A DNA stretch of 64,000 bases, from positions 1 through 64,000 of the forward strand of contig JAAILG010001569.1 in assembly GCA_012026655.1 (NCBI GenBank), read 5' to 3'. The notes under the pieces were generated by a model. That model ran no database searches. It saw nothing but the letters and a program-made list of their open reading frames with translations, and had not been told where the DNA came from. Below are positions 36,690 through 48,381 of this stretch, one piece after another. The position numbers were made by a program, and so were the translations under genes. This DNA comes from Hydrolagus affinis (lineage: Eukaryota). How positions within the stretch are numbered: position 1 is the first letter of the stretch; the number at the start of each line of letters is the position of its first letter.

Positions 36690-37014
36690 TACTTCTGAGA
36701 GTTTCATATTATCCTGTATCAATTTAAGAAAGACAAACAGAAAATCCCGTAATTTAATATTTAATAGTGACAAACTTTGCATTTGGATGTGCATATTCAA
36801 TTACGTATCTGTGTGACAATGTGTGTGATATAGATTTGAATTTGAGTAGTAAGGTGCCTGTGTACCTAAACTCATGCATAATATTTTGCACATAGAGTGC
36901 AAGCAACTAAGAAATATGTTTGTTCAAACTAATTTGCTCAATACATTAGTTGCAGTTTTATGTGTTTATTTACATTTATATAAAGAATATTTACTGGATT
37001 TTTCTATTTCAAGA

Positions 37015-37360
37015 AACAACAAAAACAAATTGCATTTGAATAACGCCTTTCATGTCAGTAGGACATTCCTTGTTGCTGGACAATCAGTGATTTAGACCCG
37101 AACAGGGGAGTTGGGATCAGGAAGGGTGGAGTGTAGGGAAGGTAGGGATAGGTGGGTGGGGTGACAAAAGGCGTGATAGAAGAGGAAGGTCTTGAGATAT
37201 TGCTTGAAGGAGGCAAGGGAGAGAGCGAGACAAATTTGGGCTGGAGCTCCGGAGGGTGGGGCAAAGAGGCTGAAGGTGGTGGGGCATGCTGAGTGACATG
37301 CCGCATGATGGAGGCTGCTGAGCGGAGGGAGCTGACAGGTTGATATAGGGAAGGGAATGG
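37015..37360 (-). mobile_element. L2 3' end
   Basis: AACAACAAAAAC tail, GCCTTTCATGTCAGTAGGACAT, AGAGGAAGGTCTTGAG. Confidence 0.8.
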
Positions 37361-38056
37361 TGCTTTCATACCTTCTGAATAAATAGCAAGTGCTCCTGGA
37401 AACTCAGAACAAACAATTGAAACATCTGCATTTTAGAATTAGAGTAACCCTTTCGGGGCAAGGAGTTCGCACCAGTAGTGTGTTGTAACAAACAGGCTTT
37501 GTGGTATGTTCACGGTGCCCTATAGATTTAGGCTGCAGGATGTGTACATGTTTGAGGTGAGTTTATAATGTTGATGGCTAGTCATTAATCATCCAAGCTG
37601 TGGCATGCACAGACTGTTAAACGGCTGGGCTGCAGGAGAAGCACGTTCAACAGGATGCTGCTGGGCGGACATCAACTACATAATTAGTAGTTGCTTTACA
37701 GACAATTAAAATAACTAATTGGCTATTAAATGTGCATGCTGTGTCTTGCTCTGCTATTGCCTAAACAATATGTAGATGAGGTAAAGGTGGAGGAACGATT
37801 CTGATCACATTTTTAAATTTATTTCAGGTGTTATCGGTAACTATTATCATTTGACATTAGTTTTGGCAGAAATGTCAATTTTTGCATATGCTTTAAGGTG
37901 CAGAGCATGCCACTCTTCTTGCTAGAGGTTATCCATGTCTAGCTGCTCTGTATACAATAATAGGAGCTGCTACTTTGATGCATCTTAGACATTTTTTATG
38001 GCTCACAGTCAAAGATTTGAGGTTAGATGATCAATATCATTCTGGTGTTGAAGCTC

Positions 38057-38098
38057 CCCTAACCCTAACCGTAACCCTAACTGTAACCCTAACCCTAA
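38057..38098 (+). repeat. Interstitial telomere-like repeat (CCCTAA)x7 with 2 variant units
   Basis: CCCTAACCCTAACCGTAACCCTAACTGTAACCCTAACCCTAA. Confidence 0.9.
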
Positions 38099-38100
38099 CA

Positions 38101-38267
38101 TTTGGACTAATGAACCTTCAGACTATCGCAGCAAATGTTTGGATTAACGAACCTTATTTTCGGACTATTGAGCAGTAACCACAGTAACCGCCCCGGGTAT
38201 AGGAAATTTGTGTGTTCGGACTATCGAATCTTCAGACTATCGAACCTTTGCACTATCGAGTGCCCCC
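38101..38267 (+). repeat. Clustered 16-bp repeats (TTCGGACTATCGAACC-like) adjoining the telomeric tract
   Basis: About 7 diverged copies, e.g. TTCGGACTATCGAATC, TTCAGACTATCGAACC, TTTGCACTATCGAG. Confidence 0.8.
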
Positions 38268-38601
38268 AGTAATTAGACCATTTGCCTCACAAGCAAGAAA
38301 ATCCGGGTTTGATTCCTAGGCAGGGCGAAACATTGCGCAGGTTTTCTGCTTAAATAGCAGTAAGTAGGAACCTGGATGTTAGTCAATTGGTGGATCACAT
38401 TACTGTGGGTAATAATGCCTTCTATAAAAAAATTGTCACTTCAATCCATTACTGTTTATGGAACACTTCTGTGTGCAATTGGCTGCTGCATTTCATCCAC
38501 AAAATATGCAGTCAATTCACTTTATAGTATATTCTATGAAGTGCTTTGAGAAGTCTTGACACTGTGATAAAGCACTACATCAAATGCAGGGATTATTATT
38601 A
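38268..38601 (+). mobile_element. tRNA-derived SINE
   Basis: GGGTTTGATTCC B box; CAAATGCAGGGATTATTATT tail. Confidence 0.85.
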
Positions 38602-39059
38602 TCCCCTTGTAGCTTGATCAGACTATACATACATAGTCACTACACTTTAAGGCCAAATTCTGTGAAGCAGTTTGAGACCTTGTCCCGATATAAAATGTGT
38701 TATTAACTGCAAGGATTAATTTAAATGCAAAGATTATGGGATTGCTTATGGATAAAGACAACAAAATGTTATTGCGTGATCAGAGAGTAGATATCTCTTC
38801 ACATGCCCTTATCTGAAAATATATTTTTATATATTGGTTTATTGAATTGTGGGGTGTTATAGATTAAATCACAAGATGATTGTAGATGGGTGGATGAAGA
38901 TATCTCTGATTTAACCTCACTGATTCACAATACTCACTCCATGACTATTTCCCTATCCATGATCTCATGCTGGATGAGCACATTGATATTCTTGTAAGCG
39001 ATCTGTGACACCTCCTGGCATGAAGGGTGTTATATAAATGCAAGTTGTTGTTGTTTGAG

Positions 39060-39240
39060 AAACACTTCTGTGTGAAAAATGGCTGCCACATTTGTCCACA
39101 ACATACAGTCAATTCACTTTACAATATATGTTGTGAAGGCTTTGAGACATCTTGATAACAAAATAGAGCACTATATCAAATGCAAGGATGTATACTGTAT
39201 ATACATATAATGTATAGATATATATGTGTATATGTATACT
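39060..39240 (+). mobile_element. SINE 3' half followed by TA-rich microsatellite
   Basis: CAGTCAATTCACTTTAC..CAAATGCAAGGAT then (TA/TG)n. Confidence 0.75.
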
Positions 39241-39974
39241 CCATCTATTACTTCCTATTACTTTGTTGCTTAAATGTAAACACTATCATTGTTCATGCTA
39301 TTGGTTCTCAAATTGGGGTTGGGTGGAGGGTTTGACAGGATGTGCTTTGTCTGTCTTAAAGGCTTTGCCTGTTAGTTTGACTGAGAAGTCTATTGGCCAA
39401 CCAGCCCTGTCTTATTTAGCCTTCCGTCCCCAAGAATATTTTCACTCCCCACCTATGGAAGCCATGCCTCATTGCCCCACAGGAAGCCTGCACAGCCCAA
39501 CTTGAGGTCCTCAGTCAAGAAGCCTAATATCCTCAGGGCCTTGAGTCCAGAATGTTTGGGAAATCATTGTCTATACAATCCCTCTTGGTAACACAATCCA
39601 ACTATTAATTACCTTCTCCGTGAAGAAATACTTTCTAGTATAACTTCTAAAATTGCCCTGAACCTGTGCTCTCTTGTCTAATTGCTTTGCTGTATGAAAG
39701 TACTGTTCAGTGTTTTTTTTTCTATCCCATTAACCAACTTGGCACATTTCAAGTTATAAGTCACGTACAGATACATACCATGGGGATTTCACCATGTCAT
39801 TCACACCATGGACCCCTCTCAGCTATCTGCTGCAGCTCACAAAGTGATTGCTTTTTAAATACTTTTTCACACAATGATTCTGAAGAGCTGTAATTACACC
39901 TTTTTGGGTGTTTGGCCAAATGGATAGATATGTTTCTCTTTTAGGTCAGATTTCTTTGTCTAATGTTTCCGGTG

Positions 39975-40652
39975 ACTATGTATTAGTCACCAGAAACATT
40001 GAACCCCTCCAATCAGGCTTCCGCCCTGCTCACAGCACGGAAAATGCCCTGGTCAAGGTCACTAATGATATCCTAACCACCTGCGACCAGGGCTCCCTCT
40101 GCCTCCTCGTCCTCCTTGACCTGTCCGCTGCGTTCTTCACAGTCGATCACACCATCCTCCTCCAACGTCTTTCCTCCCACCTCAACCTTCAAGGCACAGT
40201 CCTTGACTGGTTCCATTCCTAACTGACCCACCGCCTACATTTTGTATCTTCCAACGGTTTCTTGCCCCGCCCTATTTAACCGATCTACTCTCCCCCTATA
40301 AGCCCACCCAGACCCTCCGTTCAGCAGGAATTGGCCTGCTCCAAGCCCCCCACCCGAACCACCCCACCATCGGAGGCCGGGCCTTCAGTTTCTCCGCTCC
40401 CACTCTGTGGAATTCCATCCCCCAATCCCTCCGCCTTGTTTCTTCCCTTTCCTCTTTCAAGGCCGGTCTGAAGACTTTCCTCTTCGACCGTGCCTTTTGT
40501 TCCCCCCCAAATTTTTCGACCTCCCCTATGTGTTTCACCCCTTCCCGAACACTCCCCTCCCAGCCGCGTCACACGACTCCTGTGCAGCACCTTGGGATGT
40601 CCTCCCGACGTGAAAGGCGCTTTATAAGTTTAAGTTGTTGTTGTTGTTGTTG
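39975..40652 (+). mobile_element. L2 LINE: RT fragment joined to young 3' end
   Basis: [46 protein letters not shown]; junction near 40270; (TTG)n tail. Confidence 0.93.
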
Positions 40653-40779
40653 TATTAGAGGTCAGATGCAAAGCTTTCAGGGATCTAAGTCATTTTGTTT
40701 TTGGTGGTCAGCCAGTTGCTGATTCAGAAACTCATCGCTATGACTAAAAGTTACATTTATCTCACTTACTAATACAATT

Positions 40780-41090
40780 GCTGTATCTAGAATGGAATTC
40801 TAACTCTTGCCCTGCTTACCTAATGCCAAACAGTATTAGGTGCAGTCACAACAAAATTTAGTAATAGCCACGAATTGGGGATCTCAGAGTATGTGTGTTT
40901 GAGTACTGCTGGAGTTTAACCGGGTAAAACTGTACAGATTGCCATTGGTAGGATTATTTTACAAGCTTTACCAACTGGAGCCATGTCCAGCTAATATCAC
41001 TCTATCTGTTAGGGCTTTGTTTTTCAGGGTTAACAGGCGCTGAGTAGAAACAATCTCTGCCCCAGTGACAAACCTGCCCTTCCATGACCT
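40780..41090 (+). mobile_element. Old unnamed dispersed repeat, copy B
   Basis: GTACTGCTGGAGTTTAACCGGGTAAAAC; TTCAGGGTTAACAG..AATCTCTGCCCCAGTGACA. Confidence 0.6.
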
Positions 41091-41189
41091 TTCGTGAAGC
41101 CAGGCTGGCTGAGCTCTCATCAGCAGTGCACCCATCTGGTTCCGAAACCAGAAAACCAAGACCACCACCGAAGGCTGACTTGACTCTAA

Positions 41190-41970
41190 CATTCACTGGC
41201 AAGCATATGATCTTGAAGCCAATTGAGCTCTCATTGGCTGGCTAGAAACTGTTGGCGGCCTCATTAAAACTCTCCAAATTTGTGCGCAACTTAGGCATCA
41301 GGTTCAATTCCCTGTTATTCTTCCTCCTGCACATCTGGCCCTTCACCAGCACTGCTTTCTCCTATCTCTGCTAATACTTCACCCCAACAGCTGCCGAAAC
41401 CCTGGTCTGTGCCTCTGTCACCTCTCGGGTGGACTATTCTAACACATTCCTTGCCTGTTTTCCTTCCTCCACCTTCCACAAAAGTCAGCTCATACCAAAC
41501 TCTGCCACCTGCATTCTCACCCACACCAAATTTAGCTCCACAATTACTACAGTGCTTGCCAAACTGCACAGGCTCTCTTTCACAGAACAGATCGACTGCA
41601 AGATGCTTACTCTAGTGTTTAAAACCCTCCACTCCTCTGCACCTCTCTAACCTCCTCTTTCTTCACAGTAGTACCTACTGCCTCCATTCTAATGGGTCTG
41701 GCCTCATCCTTCTTTCCCAAATCAATTACTGCACCATCGGTGACCGTGCTTTCACCCACAATGCCTCAAAACTTTGGAACTCCTTCCCTCAACCCTTTCA
41801 TCTTGCCTTCTCCGTTACCATCTTCAGGTCATGCCTGAAGAACTTTCTCTTTGACCGCCCTTACATTCAACTTTTCCCTCTCGGTTTGACCTAGGGCTCC
41901 AACATTGTGAAGCAGTCTGAGATGCTGCCCCGTGTGGAGGTCGCTATATAAATGCAAGTTGTTGTTGTTG
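41190..41970 (+). mobile_element. L2 LINE 3' portion
   Basis: MDYSNTFLACFPSSTFHKSQLIPNSATCILT; GCTATATAAATGCAAGTTGTTGTTG. Confidence 0.85.
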
Positions 41971-43079
41971 GTGAGCACCACATCTCAACATAAAATGCAT
42001 GAGAGCTTTGCCACCATTTCCATGCCCACAGCTCATTTAATGACAAACAACATTAGAAAGTTCAATTTGTAGCACATCGTAATTATTTCCAGATATTTCA
42101 TATCCTATCTACTTAGTGCAAAATAAATGAACCTCCCTATTTGTCAGTTTGCTTACAATTTAAAATTGATACCTTGTATTCCCTGATTTAAAGGGTGTCG
42201 GCAATTTAGTTTTCAATGCAGCATCCAACACTGAAAAAATCAGGTGAATTGGCATTCAGTTATAAAGCTTTCTTTAGCAAATCCTGAAAATTTATGACAG
42301 TTCAGCATCCCCTCAATCTCATCACATCAAACACAATATAAACTGTAAGAATGTGCAGATACCAAGGCCTAACTAGATCATGGATGAGAATTATTTGCCC
42401 ACTAACCGAACTCCCTGCAATATGCCTGGAAATCTACATTCTTCATACATCTTCAGGAAACCTAAATTAATGCAGATTCTCAGTTACAACAAACGTTTGA
42501 TTAGTTTGATTAGAACCTCAAGAAACAGGTTGATTTTGTGATTATCGGTGTAAACATTCAACACAGCAAGTCAGCACAATGTTATTATTGTTGTCTTTCA
42601 AAAAATAATTCATGGAGAATAATGATTAACTTTAATATCCCATTGTACTTTTGACTAATCAATGTTGATGCTTTCTATTTAAATGGCGAGTGATGATGGG
42701 GAACGACTGGTTTGCAGACATCGCTGAGCCTGATTGTGGAGAGGGTTACTTTAGTCATTAATCTGCAAAGCTGAAACAGAATTATTGTCAGAAGAGATAC
42801 GTTCATTAACACAGAGCACTTCAGTCACTGTGTCACTTCAACTGTGTGTTAATTCATCTCCCTCACACTGTCATGCTTGGTAACTCCTCTATGCTACTTC
42901 CCCACTATGTCATAGCATTCAATTTTGATCAACCTTGGTAATCATCCGGACTGCAGTAAAATGAGCAAACAAGATCCTGGACTGTACTAAAAGAAATGAA
43001 TAACTTGCATTTTTATATCTTCTTTAACTTCAAAACATGGCAAAAACCTTAACAGTACAAATACAAGCTAAAAAGATAG

Positions 43080-43640
43080 AGCTAAATTTATTGAAAGTGA
43101 TATTGAACTTGTACAGATATATAATTTGGTCCTAAATGAAGCACTGTGTATTGTGTTGGCACTTTATTCTATCGCAGACATCCTCTGATTAGAGAGGGAT
43201 GTTATGAAGTACTATGTCAAATGCAAGTATTGTTAATATTATTAGTGTTATTATTATCGTAATGAGTAATTAGGCTGATAACCTGAGTTAGAAACTGAAT
43301 TACCGCAAAAGACTATGGAAACTGGGAATATTCTGAAGGAGAAGGGAGGGTTAGATCTACTTAAGGTATTCAAGATACTGAATGCTTTCACTCAACTCTA
43401 TCATAATAATATGTTGAACAAACTCACAAACTGCAAGGGATGACAGAACTGAGCTCAGAAGAGAGAAGGTACACAAACAGTTCAGGCTTAATTACTTCAC
43501 TTAGAGAATAGAGAAGATATGTAATTGATTTTGATGGATAGATAAATAGATAAAGGGGGTGAAGGCACATTTTGAATCAAGTGGTTCAAGAGAATTGGTT
43601 AGCTATTTAGTGAAGCAATGATTGAAGTGTGTTGTAAAAT
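43080..43640 (+). mobile_element. CR1 fragments, heavily degraded
   Basis: TTGAACTTGTACAG..TTGGTCCTAAAT..CACTGTGTA; GGAGGGTTAGATCTACTTAAGGTATTCAAGAT; TACTTCACTTAGAG. Confidence 0.5.
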
Positions 43641-44100
43641 AAGGTGTAGCGTATTATTAGTTTTTAATTTTATCAGGCAGAAGAATAAAATGTTTTTTCC
43701 TGTCCTGTACAATACAATTTACGCATTCATATACTGCCTTTTATGTTGGGAGGAAATGTCAATGTGCTTAATGCTGTTTGCTGGGCACCCAAGCTGGGGG
43801 TTGAAGCCTAAAAAGGAGGGGAGGGGGAAAAATAAAGGAAAGGAAAGTCAAAGAGAAACATCCTGAGACCGGACTTCGACGAGATGAGGGAGGGAGCAAA
43901 AATGTATATTCCTCTTCCAATATTCCAAGAGGAAGAATGTCAGTGTTCAGAGGAAGAATGGAAATGCATTTTTCCTCACAACTGTCTACCTTCTTTACTA
44001 TTAAACACACCCAGGTTAGGAACAGATGTAGAGAAAAACTGCCTTTACTCTGATCTCAGGGTGCAGCCTCCAACAAGAGAAGGAAATAGCCTCATCTATG

Positions 44101-44503
44101 TGGAACTCCTGTGGTTAGAGCACTTGTCTTGCAAGCTGGGGAGACCAAGCTGGGGAGACTTGTGTTCAAATCCAGGCAGGTCAGGGCGAAATNNNNNNNN
44201 NNNNNNNNNNNNNNNNNNNNNNNNNNNNNNNNNNNNNNNNNNNNNNNNNNNNNNNNNNNNNNNNNNNNNNNNNNNNNNNNNNNNNNNNNNNNATAATAAT
44301 CCCTCCAAAAAAACCACAATAATAAAATTGGTCATTTCAATCCACGACTGTGTGTGGGACACTGCTGTGCGCAATTGGCTGCCGCGATTCGCCCACAAAT
44401 ATATACAGTCAATTCACTTTACAGTATATTCTGTGAAGCGCTTTGGGACATTGATAAGATGTGAAAAGCGCTATATCAAATGCAAGGATTATTATTATTA
44501 TTA
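44101..44503 (+). mobile_element. tRNA-derived SINE spanning an assembly gap
   Basis: GTGGTTAGAGC, GTTCAAATCC; intact CpG-rich 3' half and GGATTATTATT tail. Confidence 0.92.
44193..44292. other. Assembly gap (100 N)
   Basis: Run of N. Confidence 1.
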
Positions 44504-45824
44504 TCTAAAACAATCAACTCCTATGACCACTTCAAATGAGAATGCCAAAGAAGGTTACCTGAGAAAGAAGGGAAAAAATGAGCAAATATATTAAAAATAA
44601 TTGGGCAAGAAACAACAGAGCTGGTAAAACTAGATGGACATTAACCTTTTGTTTTCATCTAGCATTTCCTATGTTCTTATAAGATACCTAAAGTAAAATC
44701 AAATTAGGTAACAGCATTTTCAATTTAAAAGCATTGGCAATTTGTGAGACATTTTTTCCCATTCATTTATGTAACATTACATCTATGCTATGAGTAAACT
44801 AATTTGGTTATAAACTGTGTTTCTGCAGAACTGTTCCTCCATGATATACAGTTTATCTTTGTGTCCTGTTGTCTTATCATTATCCATTAATGACCAAAAC
44901 CCATATTCAGATAGAAAGCCTCAGGGTGTGTTAATAAGTCAAGGTGACAATAGATGAAGGGTTCTATTACTCCACTAGCATAGATTGTTTTCCAAATGAA
45001 GTGTCTGCCACCTTATGTATTTGCACTTTGCTTTATGAGATTACAATGTGCAAACAGGAACAATGCACTATTTGTAGTAGAGGCTGAGCCCATATTGTTG
45101 TGTTGGAAGAAAACATATGAATCACATGCTGGCAAAAATCTGATTTAGGAAAAACAATCACAACAAATGTATTGGGTGCATTGAATCAACCCAGGCAAAT
45201 TTGTCTGGTGGTTTCAGAGCAATCTGCTGCAATGCAGCAACAGAATGCTGTATTTATACAATATCTTTCACATAATAACACATCTTAAAACACTTGACAA
45301 ATGTTATGGTGCAGATGGAGCAGGAAAATAAATAGATTTAATAATGTTGATAAAGTTTAAATAGATATATTGCTAGAAGGTTTTTCAAGCCATACAGCGA
45401 GAGAGGGACTGAGCAAGGCAAAGCAGTTTTGGATGAGAGTTGCAGTCAACTGGAGCACACAGTGATGGTTGAAGTGACGGAGAAACAACTAATAGACCGG
45501 AGTGAACAGAGGCAACTAAGTGTTCTAATATAGGACCAAAGAACATTGGAGAGATGGGATGAGACTATGTGGAATGAGAAAAGGTTGCTTCGGTATTAAA
45601 GCCTGTTATTTCATGGAATGAGATGTGCAAACTAAGGATCTTAAAGAAGTTTTGAGAGGATCGCTGAGGGAAAGAGTAATGGTGATAGTATAAAGTGTTG
45701 CGATACCTTGGAGTGAGGACAAAAAATTACGTGAAGTTAACCTTGAGATCTCAAACCAGGACTTGAGTATTTATTTTACTTTTTCTTTATATTTATATTT
45801 TGCTCGGACACTAGAAAAATAATC

Positions 45825-46020
45825 ATATTATTGAATAGTGTCAAGAAATCTTTAAGGTACACTTGACAGACAGGACCTCAGATTAATGCTTAACCCAAGG
45901 ACAACGTTTGAGATCTCCGTCAACACTCTATTGGAGTGTCTGTCCCGAATTTAGGGCTTAAACCCGTAACCTTTTGACTCGGAAGTATGAGTGCAAACAA
46001 CTGAGGTAGGCTGACACTGA
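45825..46020 (-). mobile_element. Older DeuSINE 5' part
   Basis: AAACCCGTAACCTTTTGACTCGGAAG..GAGTGCAAACAACTGAG. Confidence 0.65.
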
Positions 46021-47059
46021 ACTGGACCTCGGATTTACAACAACTTGCATTTATACTCATCCTTCACATGGAGCACTTGCTTGTTTACCTGGATTTTACG
46101 GTGATTATAGTCATATTTAATTCTAAACATTGGGAGCTTACCTCTGGGTAATACTCCCACACCACTTGTTTATAGGGGTATTGGCTTTCTAAACCTGTGA
46201 TTATACTTGAGTTTGAAAATTTCATCAAACTGGAAACAATTTGATTGTTTACCTGCTCCTTTTCACAGGTTCTGGTTGCAAAACATAGTTTTAACAGTTG
46301 CTTTGGAAACATGTATTATGATTTTTTTTTAACCTTCATTTTCTTCTAAACTGAGGTAATAATGATAATAAATGTACATTCGATTAGATCACAAGGAGAT
46401 AATTGTTCTTAGTAGTGCAGAAACATAGTGAAATATTTTGCAAATACCATAACGGCATTGGCTCCTGTAATATATTTTTTGCACTAATCTTATTTCCTCA
46501 CGTAAGAGACCACATAGAGAATGAAATAATACATTCTAGAACAAGCAGCAAGCGTTTCAATGTGACACTGTGTTTAAATTGAACAGCCTTTTTCAAAATT
46601 CATTTTGCATTCAGGCAGCAGATTAAATAATACAAGATTAAATAGAACTTAAAAAAAACAACAGGCATTGCCAACCAATTTATAACAGAGTTTAAAGTCA
46701 ACTCTTCTAGGCATGGGATAAGATCACTATTGCTTTAAATAAAAGTCCAACGAGACTGATGGATTTGTTTGCAGTTTCGTGCCAGGTCAATCATTTGCTG
46801 AGCGGTGAATAAGTCTGCATGCTCTGCTCCATCAGTCATGCAACATGTTTGTCTGTCTCAAGCCTTAAACAATGGTACCAACAAAATGTGTGAAATTCTA
46901 TCATCTGAAATGAACGTTTTTTTCTTGTAAGTCATGATTCCACATGCCCAGTTTAGCAAAGCTTAGGTTTTGAAATTTCTGGCATTACTAAAAATAAGTG
47001 AACTTGAAGCATATTAAAGCCTAAAGTGAAAGGGCATTTTATTTTGATCAAATGGATAT

Positions 47060-47300
47060 CTGCACAAACATTTGCAGTGCTTAAGAGTATCAAAACCAGA
47101 CTATGATTTGTACATAACTGTGATACTTGGCCATGGAAATTTATCTGTGTCTGGAATGGTGAATTTCCCAGAGAGATGCCCCTTCCCTACTAAATTTCAG
47201 AAAAAAACTTTGGTTTCAGTTAGCAAGAGGCTTGGGAACCTCAATGTGCATTTGGATATCCCTGGAGTTTAACCAGCTAAAACATTTTGTTCATTGACCA
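47060..47300 (+). mobile_element. Old unnamed dispersed repeat, copy C
   Basis: AAGAGTATCAAAA..CATGGAAATT..GGAATGG..GGAGTTTAACCAGCTAAAAC. Confidence 0.55.
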
Positions 47301-47544
47301 GCTAGCACCACCTGTTAGAGTGAGCTGTGAGGGTTTTGGCTTGCAGGATTAATAGGATCCAAGTGGAAAGAATCACTGCCTCCATAAGGGTTTTCCACTC
47401 CAAATAATGCAGACAAGTAAGCCTAGCTGATTTGTCATCAAAAATACCTGGAAGTATGTCATAGCATTCTGGTTCAGGAACTGGACTATTCAGATCACTA
47501 CAGAGCATCACATATTTCTTCTCAGTTGCATTCTTGACAATTAT

Positions 47545-48380
47545 CATCATTGACTGTTTTCATCCAGTTGATATGATGCCTTTTCACAGACTTTTTCTGC
47601 ATTTCCCCCAGATTTTGAATCAAATATAATGATGTACTAGCTTCATTGGCAATAGGGTGTGGTTTCTTCCATTTTGGCACAAAATCATGTACTTTAAATT
47701 TTGTTCAACCTCATGCTTAAAAGGTCTGACCTTTTCATTAAAATAGTTCTTCATTTGGGTTGTGTGCTTGGCCACAAATTTGTTTGTTTGCCTAATTAAA
47801 TCAATCATGACTGTGAGCCACCTTTCTCATACCTGTTCCAATGTTGTCACACGTAGCATTAAAAAGTGACCAAGTTTTCTCATCAATCTTTCAGTCATGA
47901 CCTGGTAACGTGTACTTCAGTGGTAGAGTGAGGAGTTAATCCTATTGCCATTAAACACATAGGCAACCTCCTCACCCGATTTGTAGGAATATCTGCACAA
48001 AATTTCCATAACATGGTTTTGAGTGTCCAAGTTCCTCGCTCTAGTACTGCTGATGATTGTGGGTGATGCGCAAGCTATAATGTCTGCTCAATGCCTAATA
48101 TCCTTTCCAAATTTGTGGACTCAGCCCCTGTGAAATGGGACCCTATTGCATCCTGTTGCATTCCTGGACATCCTGTCTAACTCCTAATGTTATCTCGTGT
48201 CACATTTGCAGACCTATGTCCTGCTGTTGGGCAGAAGTGGCATAGATTATATATTTTTCCCCCTAAACAATGCTGTTATGCATGCAACCATCATTTGTGC
48301 ACCCCCGATCTTCCCACATCAATATCTCTTGCTGATCCCTCCACACCAATTTTGTGTCTGTTGCCCATTCACATGCTTCT
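47545..48380 (-). pseudogene. Decayed retroviral/gypsy-type integrase (pol 3' end)
   Basis: Manual minus-strand translation with stops and frameshifts: CHFCPTAGHRSANVTRDNIR (Zn-finger HH); GSHFTGAESTNLERILGIEQTL*LAHHPQSSAVLERGTWTLKTML; LPMCLMAIGLTPHSTTEV / YQVMTERLMR; MKNYFNEKVRPF; KRHHINWMK. Confidence 0.85.
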
Positions 48381-48381
48381 G

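Noticed and set aside
38101-38267. Repeat-spacer-like pattern suggestive of a CRISPR array
   Set aside because: Eukaryotic context; 16-bp diverged units, mostly tandem, without regular unique spacers; no cas genes.
43884-44594. Longest ORF in the track (236 aa)
   Set aside because: It reads through a 100-N gap and a SINE; no protein family features.
18991-48380. Possibility that the solo LTR and the integrase relic belong to one provirus
   Set aside because: The LTR has its own TSD on both sides, lies 27 kb away and looks much less decayed.
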